64,000 nucleotides of DNA. Origin: Alphaproteobacteria bacterium (GTDB lineage: Bacteria > Pseudomonadota > Alphaproteobacteria > GCA-2731375). Positions 43,023-53,233 of this stretch are shown piece by piece. Numbering within the stretch: position 1 is the first letter of the stretch; each line of letters begins with the position of its first letter. The stretch is from positions 1 through 64,000 of the forward strand of contig CBDDBZ010000027.1 of assembly GCA_965225945.1 (NCBI GenBank). Reading direction: 5' to 3'. Under the pieces are notes generated by a model, which ran no database searches, had not been told where the DNA came from, and saw only the letters and a list, made by a program, of their open reading frames with translations. The position numbers and the translations under genes were made by a program.

Positions 43023-43685
43023 CTAGCCGTCTCGAGGCGTGATGCCGAGAACGATGTCGAAGGTACCGGCCAGGGCCGCGGGCTCGACGTGTGGCGCCGG
43101 CTCGAGGCCAACAAGCAGAAGCTCGCGCGCGGCCGCGTCGGGCAGCCGAGCGAACAGAAAATCCGCGTCGTTACGGGGCTCGCCCCGGAGGTACATCTGG
43201 GTCGTGAAGGCCTCCATGCCCGGGCCCGACAGGCGAAAGTGGATGTGCGGCGTCCGGCCCGGATAAGGCACCGGCTTCAGGGTACGGAACCTATAGGCCC
43301 CGTCTTCCCCGACCCGCATGCGGCCATAGCCCTGGAAATAGGGGTCGGCGCCGGCGCGCGGCTCACGCGGATGGTGATAGCGGCCAAGCGCATCGCACTG
43401 CCAGATCTCGATCTCGATACCTCTTGCCGGTCGGCCATCGAGGTCGAGGACACGTCCCATGATATGCGCGATCTGGCCTTGGGCATGACGCGGTTGACCA
43501 GCGACCTGGACCAAGTCGTTGTCCGTATCCCGAGGCTTGACCTTGGGATAGAAGGGCCCCGCGGTCTGGCCCGGCGTCGGCGCCAATACCGCCGCCCAGC
43601 CGAATCGAGAAAGGCCGAGTCCGACGGCGGCTGCCGCGCCCGCACCCAATAGCCGACGACGCGACTTCCATGCTTCTGTGCGCAT
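43023..43685 (-). CDS. Tat-exported intradiol ring-cleavage dioxygenase-like protein
   Basis: SRRRLL Tat motif; GPFYP, EIWQCDA.GRY, YPGRTPHIHF. Confidence 0.88.
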   Translation of the reverse strand: MRTEAWKSRRRLLGAGAAAAVGLGLSRFGWAAVLAPTPGQTAGPFYPKVKPRDTDNDLVQVAGQPRHAQGQIAHIMGRVLDLDGRPARGIEIEIWQCDALGRYHHPREPRAGADPYFQGYGRMRVGEDGAYRFRTLKPVPYPGRTPHIHFRLSGPGMEAFTTQMYLRGEPRNDADFLFARLPDAAARELLLVGLEPAPHVEPAALAGTFDIVLGITPRDG

Positions 43686-44386
43686 CGGTCTTCCTTCTCA
43701 ATGCGACGAAATTCCCATCCCACCGCTTCCATTAAGCTGGGATTGACCAGAGACGGCTGCTCCCGGTCGGTGACGATAGTAACAGAAAGGAAGCCGGACC
43801 ACGAATTCGGCGCTAAACTGATGTGGGGATCGCGATCAATCTTTTTATCGCATCGCGCGGAATCGTCGATGAGATTACGTGCCTCGTGCCACTCCCCGCG
43901 CTACGCGACGCCCTCGCCGCGCTTTGACGCCTCCGACCAACTCGTCGATGACGATACCGTTCTTCGCGTGCATGCAGACCAGCGTGCCGTCCTCGCCCGC
44001 CTTGCGGAACGTGCGGAAGTTCGTGCCTTCGAGGGGCTTTCGATGATGGCCGCCACGCAACGAAAAAGGCCCCAATTTCTCGGGGCCTTGATCGAAACAG
44101 TGTCTCGATTGGACGCAACCGGGCAATTGGATTATTTCGCCTTGACCATCATGGGCTTGCCCGTATCGCCAACCTGAAAAACCATGATCTTGGTGGAAAT
44201 TTTCGCACTTACGTTCTTGGCCACCATCGCCATGCCCGGGACCTCCGGATAGATTTCACCCGCGGGGATCGTAAGCACTTTGTTCTCCAACTCAATCGTC
44301 AACTCGCCTTCCAAGACATAGACAAAGACGTGACCGGGATGGAAATGCTTCCCGCCGACAAATCCCGCGGGTAGCGTGAAATGTTT

Positions 44387-45982
44387 GTAACTGCCCAGGT
44401 AGCTGATTTCGATGAGGCTGCGGATTGGGTCTCTGGGGGCAGATTTTGTGGGTTTGGGGCGCTGACGGCCTAGATTTCGTTTGACATAGGGTGGTTGGTC
44501 GATTCTAAGGATTCGATGGATAGGGATGTTCTTGCCTTTTTGTCGAAAGACGAGCTGATCGATGTGGTGCTGGCCCAAGGGTCGCGGCTCGCCGAGTTCG
44601 AACTCCGGCTTGGTGAACTCGAGCGCCGGCTTGGCCTGAACAGCACGAACAGCGGCAAGCCACCGTCGAGCGATGGATTGAACAAGCCACCGGCGGGTAA
44701 AAAGAAGCGCACCAGGAGCCTCCGTAAGAAATCGGCCCGCAAGCCGGGCGGGCAAAAGGGCCACAAGGGCGAGACCCTGCGCCAAGTCGCCGATCCCGAC
44801 GCCACCGTCGACCATTATCCCGAGACGTGCCAGTGGTGTGGTTCGGGATTGACGCCGGATATGGCTACCGGCCATGGGGCCCGCCAGGTTTTCGATCTAC
44901 CCGAGCCCCGGCCCCTGGTGGTCACGGAGCATCGGGCGCATCGCTGCCGTTGCGGGCATTGCGGCACGTACACTCGGGCTTCTTTTCCCGTCGCCATCAC
45001 CGGCCCGGTTCAATACGGCGCTCGGATCGGAGCCATGGTGGTCTACCTGTCGCACTACCAACTCCTGCCCGAGGACCGCCTGGCTGAATTGATGAAGGAT
45101 CTGTTCGGGGCGGAACTGTCTCCGGCGAGCCTCGCGCGGAGGGGCGGGAACAGCGCCGAGTCCGTCCAAGGCGTCGTCGATGTGATCCGCGAACTGGTGA
45201 AATCGGCGCCGGTCAAGCACATGGACGAGACCGGCTTGCGGATCGCCGGGCGGACCCAATGGTTGCACGTCGCCTCGACCGCGCGGTTGACCTTCTATCG
45301 GGTCTCGGAGCGACGCGGCAGCCTGCTCGGCGGAGTCGGCGGCATCGTCGTCCATGACCACTGGAAGCCGTACTTTACGATGGAGGGCGTACGGCACGCG
45401 CTGTGCAACGCCCATCACCTGCGCGAGTTGCAAGCCCTGATCGAGATCGAGAAGGAGGGCTGGGCACGCAAGATGCAGAGACTATTGCGCCGCGCCTGCC
45501 ACGCGGTAAATCTCGCCCGGGAGCGGGGCGTGGCGCTGAAACCAGGCCTCGTCGAGCGCTTCCGAGGGTGTTACGACGCGATCACGGCCGAGGGCATCGC
45601 CTTTCACGAGGCACAACCTCCTCTTGCGCCCAGATCGAGCAAGGCCAAGCGCCGGGGAAGCAAGCCGCGCCGCACCGGGCACAACCTTCTCCGGCGCCTT
45701 CAGACACACAAGGAAGACGCGCTGCGCTTCCTCATCAATTTCGCCGTGCCGTTCACCAACAATCAGGCCGAGCAGGACGGGCGCATGATGAAGGTCAAGC
45801 AGAAAATCTCCGGCGGCTTCCGCAGCCAGAAAGGCGCCGAAGACTTTGCCACCGTCCGCGGCTTCATCTCGACCGCCAGAAAACAGGGCCGGAACATCAT
45901 CCAGGCGCTCATGGAAAATCCCGAAACCCTGATCGAGCGTCTCCACGCCGCCTAAAAGGCCACCATGTACCTGGGCAGTTAC
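44387..45982 (+). mobile_element. IS66-family element (single-ORF, ISBst12-like)
   Basis: IRs GTAACTGCCCAGGTA / TACCTGGGCAGTTAC; 8-bp TSD AAATGTTT. Confidence 0.93.
44516..45955 (+). CDS. IS66 transposase
   Basis: NSGKPPSSD, HMDETG, LCNAHHLREL, FTNNQAEQDGR. Confidence 0.93.
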   Translation: MDRDVLAFLSKDELIDVVLAQGSRLAEFELRLGELERRLGLNSTNSGKPPSSDGLNKPPAGKKKRTRSLRKKSARKPGGQKGHKGETLRQVADPDATVDHYPETCQWCGSGLTPDMATGHGARQVFDLPEPRPLVVTEHRAHRCRCGHCGTYTRASFPVAITGPVQYGARIGAMVVYLSHYQLLPEDRLAELMKDLFGAELSPASLARRGGNSAESVQGVVDVIRELVKSAPVKHMDETGLRIAGRTQWLHVASTARLTFYRVSERRGSLLGGVGGIVVHDHWKPYFTMEGVRHALCNAHHLRELQALIEIEKEGWARKMQRLLRRACHAVNLARERGVALKPGLVERFRGCYDAITAEGIAFHEAQPPLAPRSSKAKRRGSKPRRTGHNLLRRLQTHKEDALRFLINFAVPFTNNQAEQDGRMMKVKQKISGGFRSQKGAEDFATVRGFISTARKQGRNIIQALMENPETLIERLHAA

Positions 45983-46333
45983 AAATGTTTTATGATGACG
46001 GTCTTGCCATCAACGCCACTCAAAGCACTTTCATACAAAGCCTTTACCACCGCCTTCGGCTTGTACTCCGCAGCCTGAACTTCCAGGCCGGACGCCGCGC
46101 CGAACGACAATACGCCTGCTAGCGCAAGAGCGTATCCGAGCTTGGTCGATTTCATGGTGTTCTCCCCTATCACCTGTCGAGATTTTGCCACATGAACACG
46201 GAATGCCCACAAGGCTCCCCGAGCACCGACGCACAGTATAAAACGAGATTCCCCAGATGACCACCGGTTCCGACCATCAAAATTGGCCATATTTGGCTTT
46301 CCATGGCGATTTGGAGGACAGGATCGAAGATTC

Positions 46334-47088
46334 CTTGCCTATCCGGTTATCACCCACACCCACTATATGTAGTGTGTCTCCTTGGACTGCAGGCAAGGGC
46401 CGGCGCAGGCGCATTGAGGAGGCGATCCGGCTAATTCTTGATTGTTCTGAAAACCGAACCGGAGTTTAATTCACGTCACGTACTTAACATCGGGGGACGG
46501 AACGGTGGCGACCAAGGGAAAAACGAAGAAACCCACGGCCAGACGGGAAGCTGCTGATGAAACGACATCGTCTGAGCGATTGACGGCACTAGTCGAAGAA
46601 AGCGACGCGCTGGCACGAATCGTTGCGAAGAACCCGTCCGCGCCTGTTAGTCTCCTGCGCGTTTTGAGTCGCAGCGAAGACGAAGCGACACGCAAGAACG
46701 TGATCCTCAATCCGTTTACTTCATATGACGTATTGAGCGAACTTGAAAACCAGTTCACAGAGCTATTTGTGAATAATCCGGCACTCGAATCCTACAATTC
46801 AATGAAGCTCTGATTTCCTGGAATATTCCATCGGTGTCGTTCACCTCCGATTTCAGATAAATTTCAATGAAGTGACGGTCCTTTATGCAACGTGGCGTTT
46901 TGCCAAATCCGACTCAATGATTAGGATTTCCACCACGCTAAAGTGTCGCCTAAAAGGCGCTACAATGCCGTCCGAGTCCCTGCTCGGCATCGCCGGAGAT
47001 ATCTCCGCTTCGACCTGCACCGAGCTTTACTCAGGAAAATGGGTGCACACTACATATAGTGGGTGTGGGTGATAACCGGATAGGTAAG
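46334..47088 (+). mobile_element. 755-bp non-autonomous IS1595/ISSod11-type cassette, copy 2
   Basis: Same TIRs (one C>T near the right tip); 8-bp TSD GAAGATTC at 46326-46333 and 47089-47096. Confidence 0.92.
46505..46813 (+). CDS. Passenger LRV/HEAT-like protein (identical to 24550-24858)
   Basis: Identical 102-aa translation. Confidence 0.7.
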   Translation: MATKGKTKKPTARREAADETTSSERLTALVEESDALARIVAKNPSAPVSLLRVLSRSEDEATRKNVILNPFTSYDVLSELENQFTELFVNNPALESYNSMKL

Positions 47089-47094
47089 GAAGAT

Positions 47095-48765
47095 TCAAGC
47101 CCCGCCGTCCGTCGAGCCGAGAACCCACTCCCTCAGCACGTCCTTGCGGACCTTACCCATGCTGTTGAGCGGAAACTCGCTCACCATCACGATGCGCGAC
47201 GGCAATTTGTAGGCCGCGATTCTCGGCTTCAGATAGGCGCGGATCTCGTCCTCGCTCAGGCCCTCGCCCGCCTTGGCGATGACGCAGGCGCAGACCACCT
47301 CGCCATAATAGGCGTCGGGGAGACCGATCACCGAGACCTCGGAGATCCGGGGCTCGGCCACCAGGATCTCCTCGATCTCCCTCGGCGATACGTTGGCGCC
47401 GCCGCGAATGATGACGTCCTTAGCCCGACCGACGATGCGAAAGATCCCCGCCTCGTCCACCGTCGCGAGATCGCCCGAGCGGAACCATCCCTCCCCGTCC
47501 CATGACGAGGCATTGGCCTCCGCGTTATTCAGGTAGCCGGCGCACATGCCCGCGCTCTTGATCACCAGCTCGCCGACCTCGCCCGCCGCGACGGGCGAGC
47601 CGTCGGCGTCGACGACGCGCGCCTCCACCCCCCCTATGGTCCGCCCGATCGTGCCCGCGACGTCGTCCGGGTCGTCCTCGGGCGACCACCAGAAGCCCAT
47701 GCCGAATTCGTTCATGCCGAAGGCATCGATGAAGGCGGGGGTGAATTTCCGCCGCAGCTCCCGAATCGAGGCAATCGGGAAGCTCGCGCCCGCGGACAAC
47801 GCCAGGCGAAGCGAGTCCCGTCGCGTGCGCTCCAACGCCGGGCTGTTGGTGAGCGCGATGAAGGCCGTGGGCGTGCCGGCGAGGTAGGTGACGGCCTCCC
47901 GCTCGATCAGCTCCAGGGCCCGGGTGGCGGAGAAACGGTCCATCAGCACCGTGGTGAGGCCGGCGGCGAGCGGCAGTTGCAGCCCCATGATCACACCAAA
48001 ATTGGTGGAGAACGGCACATAGGCCAGCGCCACGTCGTCGGCGTCGAGCTTGAAATCTTGGACGACCATCCTCCCTGAGTGCGCCAGCGTATTGTTGGTG
48101 TGCATGATCGCCTTCGCCGCGCCCGTGGTGCCGGAGGTGAAGACGATGCGGGCGACCTGGTCCGGGTCCGGCCGCCACGCCGCCAAGGTTTCGGGCGTGA
48201 TTCGGTCTTCGATTCGCTCGGCCAGCATCGCCTCCAAGGACAGGCAGCCGTCCGGCGCCGCGCCGCGCGCGACGATGACGTGGGCCAAGGCCGGAAGCTC
48301 GGGCCCGAGGGCGCGAAGGCAGGCGGGATAGTCGAAGTCCTGGAACTCGCAGGGGATGATCGCCGCCTTCGCGGGCGCGACGGCGAAGCCATGGGCCATC
48401 TCGGCGCCGCGCCAGTCCGCGCCGAGTTGAACCACCACGGCGCCCGCGAGCTGGATGGCGTGGTAACAGACGACATACTCGAACCAGTTGGGCAATTGCA
48501 GGGCGACGACATCGCCCGGCTCGATCCCCAACTCGGCCAGATGCAGCGCGAGGCGCCGGCTCAGGCGATAGAGCGCGGCCCAGGAGAGGCGCGTCTCGCC
48601 ATCGACGATCGCGATTCGCTCTGGGCGTTCCTCGGCGTGTTTCGCCAACAGGTCGCCCGCCACCTCGTCGCGCCAGAAGCCTTTCCCGTAGGACTGCTCG
48701 ATGCGCAAAGCGTCGAGGCGCCCCTCTACCGCCCGAATTGGCACGGCCCGAATTCGCAAACCCAT
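47095..48765 (-). CDS. AMP-binding acyl-CoA ligase (cyclohexanecarboxylate-CoA-ligase-like)
   Basis: FTSGTTGAAK, FGMNE, SGDLA, GRAKDVIIRGG. Confidence 0.9.
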   Translation of the reverse strand: MGLRIRAVPIRAVEGRLDALRIEQSYGKGFWRDEVAGDLLAKHAEERPERIAIVDGETRLSWAALYRLSRRLALHLAELGIEPGDVVALQLPNWFEYVVCYHAIQLAGAVVVQLGADWRGAEMAHGFAVAPAKAAIIPCEFQDFDYPACLRALGPELPALAHVIVARGAAPDGCLSLEAMLAERIEDRITPETLAAWRPDPDQVARIVFTSGTTGAAKAIMHTNNTLAHSGRMVVQDFKLDADDVALAYVPFSTNFGVIMGLQLPLAAGLTTVLMDRFSATRALELIEREAVTYLAGTPTAFIALTNSPALERTRRDSLRLALSAGASFPIASIRELRRKFTPAFIDAFGMNEFGMGFWWSPEDDPDDVAGTIGRTIGGVEARVVDADGSPVAAGEVGELVIKSAGMCAGYLNNAEANASSWDGEGWFRSGDLATVDEAGIFRIVGRAKDVIIRGGANVSPREIEEILVAEPRISEVSVIGLPDAYYGEVVCACVIAKAGEGLSEDEIRAYLKPRIAAYKLPSRIVMVSEFPLNSMGKVRKDVLREWVLGSTDGGA

Positions 48766-48774
48766 CTCCCAAAT

Positions 48775-49794
48775 TCAGATCTGCTTGATCGCGTCCACCA
48801 GCGCGCGGATGTCGTCGTGGCTGAGCTCCTCGAACCACTCGTCGTCGAGCTGGACCCGTTGCACCACGCCGCCGAAACGCGCCCGCAATTTGCCCACGAC
48901 CTCCTCGGGCGTGCCGACGACCGCGTATTCATCGAGCATCTCGTCGCCGACCAGAGTCCCCATCTCCACCCATTTGCCCTCGCGGGCCATGGAGATGAAG
49001 CTCGAAAACTTGTCCTCCCAGCCGTGCAGCGCCAGCAGCGGGCGATATTCCGGCGTCGAGGCGTAGAGCGCGATCCGCTCGCGAAGCCGCCGCCGCACCG
49101 CATCGAGACCCACCTCCGTCTTCGCGCACCCGACGAAGCCATGGGCGCCGAGGTCGAGCTCCGCGAGGCTCCGTCCCGCCCGCTCGGCGCCGATCTCCAG
49201 GTTGGGCAGCATCACCTCCGAGAACCACTTGTAGGTCACCGGATCGCCCGGCAGGTGACCGTCGGCGAGCTCGCCGGTGAGCCGACACATGAACTTGTTG
49301 ATGGCCGCGAGATAGACCGGAACGCGGGGATGGTCGATTGCGCCCGGATCATAATAGGGGATCATCAGGGAGAACCGGTAGTGCTCGCCCTCGTAGGCGA
49401 GCGGCGTGCCGTTTTGCCAGCAATCCCAGATGGCGCGCATCGATTGCACGTATTCGCGCATCCGCGGCACCGGCGGCACGACCTCGGTGCTCCACCGCCG
49501 GGTCAGGTGGGATTTCGTCTGGCTGCCCAAGCCGAGCTGGAATCGCCCCTTCGACAGCGACTGGATCGACCAGGCGTCATAGGCGGTCGCCATGGGGCTG
49601 CGGGGGAAGGCGACGAAGATGCCGGTGAGCAGATCGATTCGGCTCGTGGCCATGGCCGAGGCGACCGCCGAAAGCGTCGGGGGAACGGTCAGCTCGAGCA
49701 AGGTGATGCCGTCGTAGCCCAGCGCCTCGGCGCGACGGGCCTGTTCGGGAAATTCCTCCAGGAGGCGAGGCCGGACCATCAGGTAAACCCGCAT
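48775..49794 (-). CDS. LLM-class flavin/F420-dependent oxidoreductase
   Basis: AFPRSPM..AY.AW..Q..S.GRF.LGLGSQ; YASTPEYR. Confidence 0.88.
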   Translation of the reverse strand: MRVYLMVRPRLLEEFPEQARRAEALGYDGITLLELTVPPTLSAVASAMATSRIDLLTGIFVAFPRSPMATAYDAWSIQSLSKGRFQLGLGSQTKSHLTRRWSTEVVPPVPRMREYVQSMRAIWDCWQNGTPLAYEGEHYRFSLMIPYYDPGAIDHPRVPVYLAAINKFMCRLTGELADGHLPGDPVTYKWFSEVMLPNLEIGAERAGRSLAELDLGAHGFVGCAKTEVGLDAVRRRLRERIALYASTPEYRPLLALHGWEDKFSSFISMAREGKWVEMGTLVGDEMLDEYAVVGTPEEVVGKLRARFGGVVQRVQLDDEWFEELSHDDIRALVDAIKQI

Positions 49795-50002
49795 GAGACT
49801 CTCCCGACCGGCGCCAACGTTACTTACACGCGGGCATGCTATCGCTTCCAGAGCCCGTGCGAAACGCCGGCTTCGAAAACGTGGCGGCCGGACGCGGAGG
49901 GGCCGGCGGAGACCGAGCCGCCCGCTCATGACAAGCCCCGGGCTCGGCCCTATAGTCCAACCCCAAAGTGACCAGGACGGTGGGCGGCGAGGACGGTGGG
50001 CG

Positions 50003-50830
50003 ATGGCTGAGATCTTGCTGGACAGTGTCGAGGCCCTGGTGGGCCGGATCGAGGACGGTGCCAAGCTGGCGATCGTCAAGAACCCGAACGGCGTCGCGAT
50101 GGAAGCGGTGCGCGCGCTGCTGCGGCGCGGCGTCAAGGACCTGCATCTGCTCGGCGTACCCACGAGCGGCATGGCCGCCGACCTGCTGATCGGGGCCGGC
50201 GCCCTCGCCACCCTCGAGAGTTCGGGGATCACGCTCGACGAGCAGGGCCAAGCGCCATGCTTCGCCCGCGCCGTGAAGGCGGGCACGCTTCTGCTCATGG
50301 ATTCGACCTGTCCCGCCGTCTACGCCGGCCTGCAGGCGGCGGAGAAGGGCAACCCCTTCATGCCGCTCAGGGGTCTTCTGGGCACCGACGTGCTGCGTCA
50401 TCGGGCCGACTACAAGGTGATCGACAATCCCTTCGCCGAGGACGACAGAATCGTCCTGCTGCCGGCGATCCGGCCCGACGTCGCCCTCTTCCACGCCGCC
50501 ATGGCGGACGGCCGCGGCAACGTCTGGATTGGCCGCCAACGCGAACTGATGCTGATGGCGCACGCCGCCCGCGAGACGCTGGTCACGGTCGAGGAGATCC
50601 GCGATACCGACTTCCTGCAAGACGAGGCGCTGGCGCCGGGCACCATTTCCACGCTCTATGTCACGGGCGTCGCCCGAGCGGAGAACGGGGCCTGGCCGAT
50701 GCCGCTCCCTGGCCGCTACGCCATCGACGGCGCGCATGTCGCGCTCTACGCCGAGATGGCGGCAAGCGAGGACGGCTTCGCCCGATACCTCGGCGAATAT
50801 GTGCTCAATTCCCGGGCGGCGGCGGAATAG
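50003..50830 (+). CDS. CoA-transferase subunit A (GctA-like)
   Basis: GLQAAEKGNPFMPLRG; PAIRPDVALFHA. Confidence 0.85.
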   Translation: MAEILLDSVEALVGRIEDGAKLAIVKNPNGVAMEAVRALLRRGVKDLHLLGVPTSGMAADLLIGAGALATLESSGITLDEQGQAPCFARAVKAGTLLLMDSTCPAVYAGLQAAEKGNPFMPLRGLLGTDVLRHRADYKVIDNPFAEDDRIVLLPAIRPDVALFHAAMADGRGNVWIGRQRELMLMAHAARETLVTVEEIRDTDFLQDEALAPGTISTLYVTGVARAENGAWPMPLPGRYAIDGAHVALYAEMAASEDGFARYLGEYVLNSRAAAE

Positions 50831-50843
50831 CCGGGCGAGGGTG

Positions 50844-51602
50844 ATGGGCACTTCGCGCGAGGAACTGCTGATCGCGGTGATCGCCCGGCTGCTGGAAGGC
50901 TCGCGCCACGTCGCCGTCGGCATGGCCTCGCCGATCCCGGGCTCGGCCGCGCTGCTGGCCCGGGCACTTTCGGGCAGCGACATGCGGGTCTCCATCCACA
51001 ATAGCGAGAACCTGCAATCCTGGACCGACGGCGGGGTCGAGATCTTCGATTGCGCCGCGCAAGGCCGGATCGACGCCTTCTTCCTCTCCGGCGGCCAGAT
51101 CGACGGCCAGGCGAACGTCAACCTGGTCGGCATCGGTGACTATCCGAGGACCACGGTTCGCTGGTCCGGCTCCTTCGGCTCGGCCTATCTCTATTTCCTG
51201 ATCCCCCGTGTGATCCTGTTTCGCGAGGAGCACAGCCGGCGGACCCTGGTGGAGCGGGTCGATTTCATCTCCGCCCCCGGCACTTCCGCGCCCAACGCCT
51301 ACCGCCCCGGCGGCCCCCGGGCCTTGGTCACCGGGCTCTGCGTCTTCGACTTCGACCAGGCCCGGAAGGGCTTCCGGTTGGCCTCGATCCATCCCGGCCA
51401 CGACCTGGAAGAGGTCCTGGACAACACCGGCTTCGCCTTCGAGGTCCCCGACCGAGTGGCCGAAACGCCGGTGCCCGACGCGGCGCTGCTCGAATTGGTG
51501 CGCGGCCGAATCGCCGCGGAGATCGCCGAGCCCTACCCCTCCTTCGCCAGCCGCGTCTTCGGCCGGGCGGGCGCGGCGGCGTCGACGAGCGTTCAGAGGT
51601 AG
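50844..51602 (+). CDS. CoA-transferase subunit B (GctB-like)
   Basis: FFLSGGQIDGQANVNL; VERVDFISAPG; LASIHPG. Confidence 0.85.
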   Translation: MGTSREELLIAVIARLLEGSRHVAVGMASPIPGSAALLARALSGSDMRVSIHNSENLQSWTDGGVEIFDCAAQGRIDAFFLSGGQIDGQANVNLVGIGDYPRTTVRWSGSFGSAYLYFLIPRVILFREEHSRRTLVERVDFISAPGTSAPNAYRPGGPRALVTGLCVFDFDQARKGFRLASIHPGHDLEEVLDNTGFAFEVPDRVAETPVPDAALLELVRGRIAAEIAEPYPSFASRVFGRAGAAASTSVQR

Positions 51603-52018
51603 GTCGCGACCACGACCAGGCCGATGCCGATGATCACGAACACCGCGCCGCCGATCAGTAGGGCTTCAAAGAGACGGCTCTCGACGTTCGCGAGGGACAT
51701 GAACTGCCCGGGATCCTGGGGCAGGTAGAAGATGGAAAAGCTCGAGCCGGGCGTGGCCGCGAGGTACACATTCTTGTTTACGTCTTCCCAGCCCTCGTGC
51801 TTTTGGCCCGCGCCGTCGGAGTAGACGAACTCGAGCCAGTAGGACCAGCCTTCGTCGTATTCCTTGCCCGTGCCGATCACGGAGGCGTACACCGAAACGC
51901 CGTGAGTCCTGAAGGCGTTGCGTTCCTCGATCGCGAGGTAGCTGAAGACCCCGCCGACGATTCCAATCAGCACGGCGGCAATGCCGAATGTGAGCATCCC
52001 CTTCTTGGCTTCGGACAT
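51593..52018 (-). CDS. DUF3592-like membrane protein
   Basis: TM - beta-rich domain (IFYLPQDP) - TM; AGGAGG RBS. Confidence 0.6.
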   Translation of the reverse strand: MSEAKKGMLTFGIAAVLIGIVGGVFSYLAIEERNAFRTHGVSVYASVIGTGKEYDEGWSYWLEFVYSDGAGQKHEGWEDVNKNVYLAATPGSSFSIFYLPQDPGQFMSLANVESRLFEALLIGGAVFVIIGIGLVVVATYL

Positions 52019-52077
52019 GGCCCCCTCCTGATGACCGCGACAGGGTTTGCTCACGCTAGCATGGTTCCCTCGCCCCG

Positions 52078-53223
52078 TCAGCCGAGCCAGCGGGCCAGGC
52101 GGTCGGTCGCCTCGGCGATGTCCTGGGTCGCGCCGGCGAAGGAGAAGCGGAGGTGGCGCGCGCCGTCGACGGGATCGAAATCGTCGCCCGGCGTCGCCGC
52201 GACGCCGGTCGCTCGCAGCATCTCGGCGCAGAAGGCCCCCGCGTCGTTGGTGATCCAGCCGACGTCGGCATAGACGTAAAAGGCGCCGTCGACCGGGGCC
52301 AGCTTCTCGAAGCCGATTCCAGGCAGGCGCTCCAGCAAAATTTCGCGGTTGGCGGCGTAGCGCGCGACGTTGGCCTGGAGTTCCTCGTGGCAATCGAAGG
52401 CGGCGAGGGCGGCGTGCTGGGCCAGCGACGGCGCCGAGATGAAGAGGTTTTGGGCCAGCCGCTCGAAGGGCCGAACCAGATCATCCGGCAATACCGCCCA
52501 GCCGAGCCGCCAACCGGTCATCGAGAAGTATTTCGAGAAGCTGTTGATGACCACGGCATCGGAATCGAAGCGAAGCGCCGTCGGCGCCGGCCCGCCGTAG
52601 GTGATGCCGTGATAGATCTCGTCGGAGATGTAGCGGATGTCATTCTCGCGGCAGTAGCGAAGGATTTGCTCCAACTCGCCCGCATGCAGTATCGAGCCGG
52701 TGGGATTGGCCGGGCTGGCGATCAGCAGGCCATCGAGCCCGGCCCCGCCCGCCGCCTCGAGCGCCGCAAGCGTCGGCTGATAGCGGGTCTCGGGGCCGAC
52801 CGGCACGTCGATGGCCACTATTCCCAGCGCGCCCAGGATGTTGCGGTAGCAGGGATATCCGGGCCGGAGGATCGCCACCTTGTCGCCCGCGTCGAAGGCG
52901 GTAATAAAGCTCAGCAGAAACGCGGCCGACGAGCCGGTGGTGATCGCCACCCGCGCCGCCGGCAGGCTGAGGCCGTAATAGTCCTGGTAATGCTCGGCGA
53001 CCCGGGCGCGCAAGCTATCGATGCCGAGCGCGAGCGTGTAGCCGAGCACGTTCTCGTCGAGCGCCCGTTTCGCCGCCTCGATCACCCCCCGTGGCGCGGG
53101 GGTCGAGGGCTGGCCCACCTCCATGTGCAGGACATCGCCGCCTTGCCGCTCGCGCTCGGCGGCAGCCTTCATCACGTCCATGACGATGAAGGGCGGGATC
53201 GTCGCGCGGCTACCCAGCTTCAC
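52078..53223 (-). CDS. Class I/II PLP-dependent aminotransferase
   Basis: SPANPTG, SDEIYHG, NSFSKYFSMTGWRLGW. Confidence 0.93.
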   Translation of the reverse strand: MKLGSRATIPPFIVMDVMKAAAERERQGGDVLHMEVGQPSTPAPRGVIEAAKRALDENVLGYTLALGIDSLRARVAEHYQDYYGLSLPAARVAITTGSSAAFLLSFITAFDAGDKVAILRPGYPCYRNILGALGIVAIDVPVGPETRYQPTLAALEAAGGAGLDGLLIASPANPTGSILHAGELEQILRYCRENDIRYISDEIYHGITYGGPAPTALRFDSDAVVINSFSKYFSMTGWRLGWAVLPDDLVRPFERLAQNLFISAPSLAQHAALAAFDCHEELQANVARYAANREILLERLPGIGFEKLAPVDGAFYVYADVGWITNDAGAFCAEMLRATGVAATPGDDFDPVDGARHLRFSFAGATQDIAEATDRLARWLG

Positions 53224-53233
53224 GCGCGCGGCC

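Larger units (their letters stand above)
44132..46155 (-). pseudogene. Secreted cupin-domain protein interrupted by IS66
   Basis: MKSTKLGYALAL...KTVIIKH | FTLPAGFVGGKHFHPGHVFVYVLEGEL rejoin after removing the IS and one TSD. Confidence 0.85.

Noticed and set aside
43813-44126. Short ORFs between the dioxygenase and the cupin
   Set aside because: No recognisable motif or start signals; probably a gene remnant
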